Source of the DNA: Lytechinus pictus
Lineage: Eukaryota
Direction: 5' to 3'
DNA length: 64,000 bases
NCBI RefSeq assembly: GCF_037042905.1
Contig: NC_087250.1
Location: 21,268,001 to 21,332,000, forward strand
Shown: piece after piece, positions 27,232 through 37,713 of the stretch
Layout of the letters: each line of letters begins with the position of its first letter
How positions within the stretch are numbered: the stretch's first letter is position 1
Notes under the pieces: generated by a model
Seen by the model: the letters and a program-made list of their open reading frames with translations, nothing else
What the model was told of the DNA's origin: nothing
Databases searched by the model: none
Program-made: the position numbers and the translations under genes

Positions 27232-28429
27232 GGTTCCATGACAATTGCTCCGCCGACAATTGCTACGCAAAATACGACAACTGCTCCGCCGACAATTGCT
27301 CCGGACAGTTGCTCCGCCGACAGTTGCTCCGTCGACACTTGCTCCGCCGATATTTGCTCCGTCGACACTTGCTCCGCCGATATTTGCTCCGCTGATATTT
27401 GCTCCGCCGATATTTGCTCCGTCGACATCTGCTCCGCCGAAAATTGCTTCGCCGACAATTGCTCCGCCGATAGTTGCTCCGCCGACATCTGCTCCGATTA
27501 TACGACAATTGCTCCGCGACAATTGCTCCGCCGATATTTGCTCCGCCGACATCTGCTCCGATTATACGACATTTGCTCCGCCGACAATTGCTCCGCCGAT
27601 AGTTGCTCCGCCGACATCTGCTCCGCCGAAAATTGCTCCGCGACAATTTCTCCGCCGATATCTGCTCCGTCGACATCTGCTCCGTCAATATTTGCTCCGC
27701 CGACATCTGCTCCGCCGAAAATGGCTCCGCCGTAAACTGCTCCGATAATGCTTGCATGATATATTACATGGCATACACAGGGGCCGCGGAACGGTTTTCA
27801 AAGTGGGGGGCTGCATGAGTCTAAAGTGGGGGGGTGACCATGCTAAAAATCGCAATCATATGGTCATTTTTACGTTTTTGTACACGGTTTTGGAAAAAAG
27901 TGGGGGGCTGAAGCCCCACGGATCCGCGGCTCCTGAATTCTGATACATGCATATAGAAAGAAATAGAAAAAAGGGGTAAGCACAAAGGAGGGATAGATAT
28001 TTATTAATTCTTATTCATGGTGGGGGAGCATTTGTGTAAGTTTTATTACGTGCCTGGTGATTACAATGAAAAAAAAATACGCGTTTTCATGTAATTATTA
28101 TAACAGTACAAAGAACTTAGATATACCCCATTCTTAGCGTCAAAATCGCTCTGGCGAAATATGCTCCGAAGTGGAGATATTTGCTCCAGGTGAAATTCAA
28201 CGGTACCCCACCTTTTTTGTCGAAAACCTGTACTGTAGTCACGCAAAATGTTTACTGTCGGCAAATTTTGTCCCACACAAACATGACCAAGACATTCAGT
28301 AATTAAAAATTAATATTCACGAAAATACCAACTTGTGAAACGCTACATGTCGTGTCACCTTCTCGCCACACCCCTCCAATCTGGTTTCCATATCCTCTCG
28401 TATGCACAGTGCTCTGGTCTCCAGATCCA

Positions 28430-28825
28430 CATTTAATTTCATTTATTTAATTTTCAACAAAATATAAATCAAATAAATACAATCATAACAAGTCAACATC
28501 ATAAAAAAATATACCAAGGTCATAAAATCAACTTGAAAAAGACATGTTATAAGAAAGTTACATACAAAGTAATCATGTGTAAAGGATTTGTGATTTATAA
28601 TTTGTGAAAATGGAGGATCCCACTTAAAAGCAAAGCTTGTATATTGTGGGGTCCTCAAAATATGACAAGCGAGAAATGAATTTATATATATATAAATCAA
28701 AATATAAACCATGATTACCAACAGGAGACATCATTTAAAAAAAATATTAAAAAATAACCAAAATATACGAAAATTACGCAAAAAACTCAGGAATGAGAAA
28801 CAGTATAGAAAGAAAGCGGATGAAT

Positions 28826-28858
<33 letters not shown>

Positions 28859-29560
28859 GATAGGGGGGTGAGGAATGAATGTGAGAACTGCATAATGAAC
28901 TACAGGGAGAGGAGTGTAGACAAACAGAAGCAACGTAGCGCATGAGTGAAAAGGAACGGTGATTAAAGATAAAAATCTGTGATGATGTATTTTTAGACGT
29001 GATTATAGGATTTCAGTAAGAAAGATTTTAACTTTCTTTTAAAAGTGTACAGAGAGGGGGAATTCTTTAAGTCGCTATGAAGGGAATTCCAAAATTTTGG
29101 GCCTTCATAAATGAAAGTATTTTTGGCTTTGAACGTCCTGAAAAGCGGTAAATGGAATTCATCTGATTGCCTAGTTGGGTATTTATGAATGCTCTCATCT
29201 TTATGAAATATGTCATAAAAACAATAGGTAAATCATTGCTATTATATTGATACATAAACTGACCTAGTTGAAATTAATATAAATCCTTAATTTTAAAAAA
29301 TCTTGTTTTCGAAAGAAAAATAATGAGAGCGTATTAGAGCATTGCAAATAATCCGGATAACCTACTTTTGCAGTATAAAAATATTTTCTATCAACGTTTG
29401 ATGGGTATTACCACAAATCAAGAGACCGCAATTCAGGTATGGCAAAATCAATGACGAATAAAGCATAAATAATGAGGATTGTGGTAAAAGAAATTTCATT
29501 CTATTGATAACATCATGTCATATACACCGTAGGTTTTTAGATTATGATAATATATAATAG
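28430..29560 (-). mobile_element. Decayed 3' fragment of a CR1/L2-group LINE
   Basis: Peptide FMYQYNSNDLPIVF parallels FMFKFHCRQLPLTF of the LINE at 13.8-14.2 kb; AT-rich simple tail near 28430. Confidence 0.65.
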
Positions 29561-30775
29561 TGAGTTGCTTTTTTGTTTTATGTGAATCATGATTGTTTTC
29601 TTCACTGATAGAAAAAGGATACTTAATTTTTTTTTTAATTCAAAAATAAAATCCATATGGTCCGCCAATAGTCGAATTATATTCATTCTGATGTTATAAT
29701 GTAAGTAACAATTTGTTGTTGATGGGGGATATATATAATTTTACACGTAGTTTCAAAATAAAACAAATCAATCAAACAAGATTTTCTTCTATAAATGATA
29801 TACCTTCATCTGTATATGGCCGCCTAAGAAGAAAATGAACAAGAAAGAAAATGAAACGGAAAGGGTGAAATGGTATATTATTTTCTGAATATTAAGTCAA
29901 ACTCTTAAAAAAAAAAATCGATTTCTGTATTAAAAATGTCAAAAAATTTGCTCGCTCGCTCGCATCTTTTTAGAACTATTGTTCCATCAGCCATTTTTGG
30001 CTCATTATGCCATTGTGAGCGTCAGACCAGTAGGCCTATAAATAATCCCAGCTTGCATATCGCGCTATTTAGTAAGATACGGAACATGATCGTGTTTTTT
30101 TTTTTTATTCCGTTTTCATAACCTATGAAAAAAAAGTTTCAGCTTATCTCCTCCATAATTTAATTGGCGAGATTCGTATCCTTTTGATTAATTTCTGGAA
30201 CGGATATCAAAATATTTTGAAATATTAAAAAAATGAAAGGAAGGAGAATGAAATATAATACAAATAATACAACTACTACTAATAACAATGATAATAATAA
30301 TAATAATGAAAAAGCAATGGTAATAATAATAATAATAATGACGTGTTTAAAAGTTGCTCCCGTATTTTGCCATCATTTTACTGTTTATCTTACGATTTGT
30401 GGAAGGAAATTTATATCAGCAGATGCAATACAACACCAGGCACCCGATGGAGTACCGTGATTTGCATTTGGAGAATAATTAGGACATATATCAGTGAGTT
30501 TCATGATGTTTTTTATCGAAATTTCATAGAAAGTTGTTATTCGAGAAGCGCGCACGATAACAAGTAGATGATACTACGCTGGCTTGATGGCAACCATTGT
30601 TACGCGCTACTTTGAGTGACGTAGAACGATGAAAGGAGATAATTATGATGGTGGAGAACTGAGATACTTTGGGAGATAAACGGCCTAGCTGAACAAACTT
30701 TTTTAAACTTTAATTGTAAAGTTCCAGGGTAACGCCAACTCTTTTCCCCGAGCCAGGGATACGGCACAATCACTC

Positions 30776-32983
30776 ATGCAAATGATGAATACAGATTTGA
30801 ATACAAACGTTAACGGCGAAAACGAGAGAACTAGCCTGCATAGTTCGCTCGCGCCCGGTATGGATTCTGTGGAGGCTCAGGCAGGATCCAGTCGTCAATC
30901 TACTACTGGACCAAAAACTTCAACAAGAAGAGAATGGAGCAGAAGAGACAATATGAATGTCATGGAATGTTATTATGAGAGCAGACCTGACCAGGAAAGA
31001 GGCTACATCAAGAGAATGTACAAGATCTGGCAAGAGAAGGGTCTTTTCCCAACATCAGAGCAAAGACTTGCAGATCAGGTACGTGTGATCAAAAGGAATG
31101 AGTTACTGACTGAAGTTGAGAGGGAAGGGATCAGACGAAATGTGTATGAACCTGTGAGAGATGAGCAGGAGGAAGTACTCAGACCGGGAAGAGAAGAGCA
31201 GACAGAAGCAACAGCTCAATTTCAAACAGAATTGGATCCAACCACTAACAGATTGGATGAAGAGCAGGAAGAGATAAAGATTATATTATTGGAGATAAAA
31301 GAGTGGGTAACACAAGGAGAGCGCCCCACCCCTCCTAATCTGAAGAGAATACCAAGAGAGAAACTGCTGATAGAAACTCAGAAAGTCAACGATGTTATGA
31401 AGTTTATCAGCTCAGACAGTATTGAGGATACCAATGATCTCATATATGCTGGAGCAGTTCTGGTAACAGAGAGGTTAGGTGTAAGAAAACAGGAGAACAC
31501 AAGGAAGCACTGCCTACCACCATGGAAAAGGAGACTTGATAATCAGATAAAGGGATGGAGGACAGACCTATCAAGACTGACAGAGATAAACCTTGGCAAA
31601 GCAGATATCAATGATTTTAAGTACCTTGAGGAGAAGTTCAGTATTAGAAGGAAAGGAAGGAAGATCGTCGTGGAGGAACTAAAACAAAGGATAACAAGCA
31701 CTACAGCAAAAGTAAAGAGGTACACCGATCGAGTGTCACAGTATAGACAGAATTCCTTGTTTGAGAACAACCAGAAGAGGTTCTACCAAGAAATAAATGG
31801 AAAGATGAAAGACGAAGTTCCACCACCAAATCCAGCTGAAGCAATTGCCTTCTGGAGCAACATTTGGAGCCAACCACACAATCACAACCAAGAAGCTATG
31901 TGGTTGAAAACAACGAAAGAGGAATGTGCAAATATAGTTGCACAGGATGATCTGACGATCAACAAAAGCAAGCTAGAAAAGATCATTAGGAAAATGGCGC
32001 CATGGAAAGCTGCCGGTCCAGACGGTGTGCAAGCTTTCTGGGTTAAAAGGTTCACAAATCTTCATGAAAGGCTGAGCATGCAAATGAACGAGATTGTCGT
32101 GAATGGTAACCCCCCTAATTGGATGACAAAAGGAAGAACGGTTCTCATCCCAAAGGATCCTACCAAAGGCAACATTCCGTCAAACTACCGTCCAATTACC
32201 TGCTTGCCGATTCTCTGGAAGTTACTGACTGGCATAATATCAGAAGAAATATATCAACACCTGGACGATCAAGCCATACTACCATGGGAACAGAAGGGAT
32301 GTAGAAAAGGAAGTAGAGGAACAAAAGAACAACTATGCATCGACAAAGGAATTATGAAAGACAGCAAGAAAAGAAAAACGAACCTCGCAATGGCATGGAT
32401 TGACTACAAGAAAGCATACGACATGGTTCCACACTCTTGGATCATCGAGTCTATGGAAATGTTAGGGGTAGCAGACAATATCAGAAGGTTCCTCATTACA
32501 AGTATGACGAGATGGAGAACTAAGTTGGAAAGTAATGGTGAAGTGCTTGGAGAGGTTGGTATCAAGAGAGGAATCTTTCAGGGAGATAGTCTATCTCCAT
32601 TGCTGTTTGTGATGGCAATGACACCATTAACTAAGGTACTCAGAAGATCCAGGCTAGGATATGAGTTCAAGAGCAAGGCAAAAATCAACCATCTATTATA
32701 CATGGACGATTTGAAGCTGTTTGGTAAGACACAAAGTGACTTGGAGTCTCTCATCAACACTGTGCGGATCTTCAGCGAAGACATCGGTATGCAGTTTGGG
32801 ATGGATAAATGTGCAATGATTACTCTCATGAGAGGTAAGCCAGCCAATGACAACAACTTCCAGATGCCGAACGGAAAAGAGATCAGATCAATCGAAGACG
32901 GTGGTAGCTATAAATATCTCGGAATATTAGAGGCAGATCAGTTGAAACATCAAGAAATGAAGAAGAAGATTGAGGCAGAGTAT
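30776..32983 (+). CDS. R4/Dong ORF, N-terminal and reverse transcriptase part (interrupted by MITE)
   Basis: Motifs WKAAGPDG, NYRPITCL, EQKGC, WIDYKKAYD, GIFQGDSLSPLLF, HLLYMDDLKL, YKYLG; no stops over 736 codons. Confidence 0.93.
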
Positions 32984-34365
32984 CAGTGGCGTAGCTAGGA
33001 TTTTTTTCACGGGGGGGCACTGGGGGGTCCTTGCTTCTTCAGGGGGGGCACCGGCCATTTTTCCGGTGTGTGTGTGTGTATGTGTCACAAGGGCGGATCC
33101 GACTTTCGCCATTAGGGGATGGGGCCCGAAATTATCTTCACCTATATCAGTAACTTCTTAGTTTTATTCTTATAGAACAACATAAACATGAAATAATCTC
33201 ATAAGCCTTATAAAAAGTGCGAGCGCGAAGCGCGAGCGATTTTTAAAAAAAAAAAACTTTCATGTATTTTTTCCTGAAAATTTAATTTTCTGGGCAATGT
33301 TATGTGTGATCCTGAACAAGATTCGTATGTAACTAGATGGTTACTGCGAACGCCAAGCGTGAACAGAAATTTTTATCAACTGTTCTAGCATTATCGAAAA
33401 GGACTGCTTAAGGACTGCTTACAGTTACCCACGAAGACGGTATATATTTCAATAATGCGAGCGCGAAGCGCGAGCAAATTTTTTGACATTCCGACCTAAA
33501 AAATTGTCTTTCTAAGCACTGTTTGTATTAATAAATGGAGTAGATATGTAACTAAATAATTGATGCGAGCGCGAAGCGCGAGAGGAAGAAATTTTAAAAT
33601 TGAGATTTTAGACCTAAAAGCGGGACACTCTATTCATATTTTGTAAATCATAAATAGAATATAGTCAATTGGGTATAATTTATAATGCGATTGTGAAGCG
33701 TGAGTAGACGATTATTGATATTCTGATGTGAAACTGGATAATTTAAGTACATTTTAAATAAAGAACATGCAGGCTATCGCGCATGTTTTAGATTTAGACC
33801 TAGAATCTGGGCATTCTGAATACATTTGTTTAATGGAACATTATGGAATACAATATGAACTTGGCAAATCAAACAATGTGACCGCGCAGCGTGAGCTTAA
33901 AATGCTGATATGTAGACCATAAAACGGGCCGATTTCACAGAGCACTTAAATTTGTAAATGAAAAAAAAATAATGAAAGCTCGATGTCCGAGCTAAAATAT
34001 GTTTTGCATATTGACTTCAAAACTTGCTCCATATCAGCCTATTGAGCAAGATATGAATCTCATCGAACAGGCAATTCTGGCGCGAAGCGCCAGCAAAAAT
34101 TTTATATAGTAACATGAAAAGATTTGTTTTTTAATTGCAAGTCTTCCCCTCACATTATTTCATTCACTCGTCTTCCTCCTCTTATTTTCCTCTTCTTTTT
34201 TTTCTTCTGTCTTTCTTCTTCTTTTCTTTTTTCTTTTCTTCTTTCTCCCTTTTTTTTTTTTTTTTTTTTGCTCTGCCAATTTTTTCTGGGGGGGCACCTG
34301 GGGGGGCACACCAAATCTCAGGGGGGGCACGTGCCCCCCCAGGCCCCCCCGTAGCTACGCCACTG
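32984..34365. mobile_element. hAT-type MITE inserted in the R4/Dong ORF
   Basis: TIRs CAGTGGCGTAGCTA / TAGCTACGCCACTG; 8-bp TSD CAGAGTAT at 32976-32983 and 34366-34373; internal GCGAGCGCGAAGCGCGAGC motifs. Confidence 0.92.
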
Positions 34366-34373
34366 CAGAGTAT

Positions 34374-35534
34374 ATCAGGAGAATTCGGAAGGTGCTCAAA
34401 TCCAAATTAAATGCTGGAAACATGGTGAAGGCTGTTAACACTTGGGCAGTAGCCCTAGTGAGATATGCTGCTGGCATAGTTGAATGGAACAAGCTTGAAC
34501 TCGAAACCCTGGACAGGAAGACAAGGAAGTTGCTAACTATGCATGGGATGTTTCACCCAAAGTCTGATGTAGATAGACTTTATGTGTCAAGAGAGAAGGG
34601 AGGACGTGGTCTGACTGGAATAGAGGAGACTGTAAGATATGAGGAACAAAGCCTATACTGCTATATTGAAGGCCAGATGGATAGCATCATGGCGGCAGTC
34701 AAAGACTCGATGAGGAAAGGAAAGGATGTGACAGCGAAACAGCTGAAGGCTGATCAAAGGAAAATGAGACTGGAAGGATGGAAAGAGAAGGTGATGCACG
34801 GGCAGCATTTAAGACAGACAGAGGAGTTTGCTGGACCAGAGAGTTGGCAGTGGCTGAAACGAGGAAGTTTAAAGAAGGAGACGGAAAGTATGCTAGTTGC
34901 TGCTCAGGACCAAGCAATTAGAACAAATTACCGAAGAGCCAAAGTTGAAAAGGAGCATACATCTCCCTCATGTAGAATGTGTCATGACAAAGACGAAACG
35001 GTGTCTCATCTGGTGAGTGAATGCAGCAAAATGGCACAGACAGAGTACAAAGGAAGGCACGACAGAGTAGCAGCTGCGGTTCATTGGGGTCTGGCCAAGA
35101 AGTACCATTTACCTCATGCGGAAAAATGGTACGAACATCGGGCAGAGCCTGTAGTAGAGAACGACGATGTAAAACTTTTATGGGATTTTAATATCCAGAC
35201 AGACAAGGTCATTGAAGCTAGACGACCAGACATCGTTCTCTTAAAGAAGAAGGAAAAGGAATGTCTCATCATAGATATTGCGATTCCGGGAGACTGCAGA
35301 GCTTGGCGTAAAGAGGAGGAAAAGATACAGAAGTATAAGGATCTGGCATGGGAGCTGAGAAGGATATGGAAGGTGAAGACGAAGGTGGTACCAATAGTCA
35401 TCGGAGCCTTAGGAACAGTGACAACAAGACACAGAAGCTTTCTGGCTGTTCTAGGAGTCGAGGTGTCCTTTGAAACGATACAGAAGGCAAGCTTGCTTGG
35501 AACAGCTAATATCTTACGGAAGGTCTTGAATTAG
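34374..35534 (+). CDS. R4/Dong ORF, C-terminal part: CCHC zinc knuckle and restriction-like (REL) endonuclease
   Basis: CRMC...H...C, RHD, RPDIV...IIDIAIP, KIQKY motifs; joins the upstream part in frame (EAEY|IRRIRKVLKSKLN) after removing the MITE and one TSD copy. Confidence 0.92.
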   Translation: MRRIRKVLKSKLNAGNMVKAVNTWAVALVRYAAGIVEWNKLELETLDRKTRKLLTMHGMFHPKSDVDRLYVSREKGGRGLTGIEETVRYEEQSLYCYIEGQMDSIMAAVKDSMRKGKDVTAKQLKADQRKMRLEGWKEKVMHGQHLRQTEEFAGPESWQWLKRGSLKKETESMLVAAQDQAIRTNYRRAKVEKEHTSPSCRMCHDKDETVSHLVSECSKMAQTEYKGRHDRVAAAVHWGLAKKYHLPHAEKWYEHRAEPVVENDDVKLLWDFNIQTDKVIEARRPDIVLLKKKEKECLIIDIAIPGDCRAWRKEEEKIQKYKDLAWELRRIWKVKTKVVPIVIGALGTVTTRHRSFLAVLGVEVSFETIQKASLLGTANILRKVLN

Positions 35535-35672
35535 AAAGAGAAGTGAACAATGAGAAGAGGACCCATTTGATAGAATATATAACAATAACCCTAGATTTCT
35601 GGAAGAAGTCCGGTTACTGTTTAATATACCAACAGAACATCAAGTTGTGGACAATGGAAATAATAATAATAA

Positions 35673-36012
35673 CAATCATTTGGTTATCTATAATGCGCTT
35701 AAGACATGGTATGTATCTAAGCGCTTACATATTTATCACCCCGGTCATCATTTTAATCAGCTATTCCCGCACACAACGTATGCACATCCTCCACTCCCTG
35801 GGGAGTAATCCAGCCTGTCACCGATTAGGCGCACATAATGCAGGACAAGCTACAATGACTTTCACATCTTACAATTTAGCACCTGGGTTGAGAATGGCAA
35901 AGTGTGGATTAACGACTTGCCAAAGGATGCGACACCAAGGTGGGATTCGAAAACACGACCGTTTAAGTACAAGCCAAGAGTCAGAACCGCTACACCACAT
36001 CACGACGGTTCC
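35673..36012 (-). mobile_element. tRNA-derived SINE (same family as the split copy)
   Basis: A/B-box-like head at ~35940-36010 on the minus strand; body matches 27015-27230 and 37580-37710. Confidence 0.75.
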
Positions 36013-37578
36013 ACTTTAAACTTTAGTCTTTAGTTAGGACTAACCCTTTAAAAAAAAAAATCCGCTTTTAGCGGCTGATCGGCGAAAATGTGGATGAAAA
36101 TGTTTTTTCCACCCGGCCCCCAACCCTAGTGGCGAAAGCTTGGTCCACTCCTTAAATATGTCTCAAGTTCACGATCACAAAATGTCCCTTTTCTGAAATA
36201 TATAAAAAATATTCAATTAGCGCATTGCGCTCTCACTATGAAATATCTCCCCCCCCCCCCGAGATATGCTTCAATGTTTACAATTTTCCAGGTCAATAAC
36301 AGCTCGCGCTTTGTGCTCGCATTATAAATTCAGTTTAATGCGTATCGGGTTTCATGAATTTGTAACTATATTATTACTGGTATATATATTATTGTCTTTT
36401 AAAAATAACATTATTTGTTTAGACGTAGTGAGAGAGATACATATATTCATTTATTAAAACCTATTTATATTGTCGCTATTGCACAGAATAGAACAAAAAT
36501 ACAACCGAAGTCTAGTTTTATAGTAACTCACCAGTAGCGTAATGAGCCAACAACAACAATTGGAGTGGGCCAGACAAGGATTACATTTATTTTCCTTTCC
36601 TTTATTTTTTTTTTTCATTGGTAGGGAGAATGGGGGGGGGGGGATCCGAGACCACTAGCACACCCCTCCCCCATCTGTACACCAGTGATGATCATACTTT
36701 CGTTTGGAACAAATTGAAAGAAAAAAGATGCAAGGGTAGATAAGGCCCAAGATGTAAATAAAAATTATTGATAAAAATATCAATAATTATAATGCTGCTA
36801 AATATACAATAAATCAAGCGGTCATCAATGAAAATAAACAGCGTGAAAGAACAAAACGAGAAAGAGAGAGAGCCCGTGCGAATGTATGGCGTATAAGTTG
36901 CTGAAAAGCAGAAGAGATATTGTGTCCAGCACCCCCCCCCCCCAATTTCTCTCCCCGCTCAAGACCGGATTGAAACCAATGATAATAACATATGAACAAA
37001 AATCCAGATTCACAATTTCAATGGGGAGTGTGTCATTCCCCTTCTCCGTTACAATTTGTCAAGTGGCAGCGGCAGGGAGAACGATTTGTTTTGTTTTTTT
37101 TAAGCAGAAAGCTGTGATGATAGGGGGAGAATAAAATAAATAAAATATTAACGAATAACAAGAAAAAAAAACCAACATAACAATTTGTATCAGGATGAAT
37201 ATCTTATCATTTCAAACATAGACCAACTTTGAGAAATAAGATGTTCATGCAATTGTCGTATAATCGGAGCAGATGTCGGCGGAGCAAATATCGGCGGAGC
37301 AATTGTCGGCAGAGCAGATGTCGACGGAGCAATTATCGGCGGAGCAATTATCGCGGAGCAATTGTCATATAATCGGAGCAGAAGTCGGCGGAGCAAATAT
37401 CGGTGGAGCAAATATCGGCGGAGCAGATGTCGGCGGAGCAGATATCGGCGGAGCAAGTGTCGACGGAGCAACTGTCGGCGGAGCAACTGTCCGGAGCAAT
37501 TGTCGGCGGAGCAGTTGTCGTATTTTGCGTAGCAATTGTCGGCGGAGCAGATATCGGCGGAGCAATTGTCGGGTCACC

Positions 37579-37713
37579 CATTTAGCACCTGGGTCGAGGG
37601 TGGCAAAGTGTGGATTAACGCCTTGCCAAAGGACGCCAGACCGCGATGGGATTCGAACACACGATCCTCTCTTTACAAGGCGAGAGTCTGAACCACTACA
37701 CCACGGCTCCTCC
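37579..37713 (-). mobile_element. tRNA-derived SINE, 5' half
   Basis: Minus strand reads GGAGCCGTGGTGTAGTGG (A box) ... GTTCGAATCCC (B box). Confidence 0.8.

Larger units (their letters stand above)
30340..35660 (+). mobile_element. Apparently full-length R4/Dong-clade non-LTR retrotransposon inserted in (TAA)n
   Basis: Single RT-REL ORF with ~440-bp 5' and ~125-bp 3' UTRs; TAA runs at 30321-30339 and 35661-35672. Confidence 0.88.
27232..37578. mobile_element. 10.3-kb DNA transposon with TIRs made of 15-bp tandem repeats (GACAATTGCTCCGCC variants)
   Basis: Termini GGT...ACC; TSD CATTTAGC at 27224-27231 and 37579-37586; arrays 27240-27745 and 37250-37570 are inverted relative to each other; splits a SINE. 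MULE-foldback or Merlin-like (unresolved). Confidence 0.85.

Noticed and set aside
27205..27818. Overlapping ORFs resembling pentapeptide-repeat or mucin-like proteins (GGANI, SADIC, APPT), mirrored at 37190-37715
   Set aside because: A 15-bp tandem unit keeps nearly all frames open on both strands; the arrays are the TIRs of a transposon with a TSD.
30340..30775. HDV-like ribozyme in the R4/Dong 5' UTR
   Set aside because: Plausible by analogy with R2-type elements, but the nested double pseudoknot could not be assigned by eye; it needs a descriptor search.
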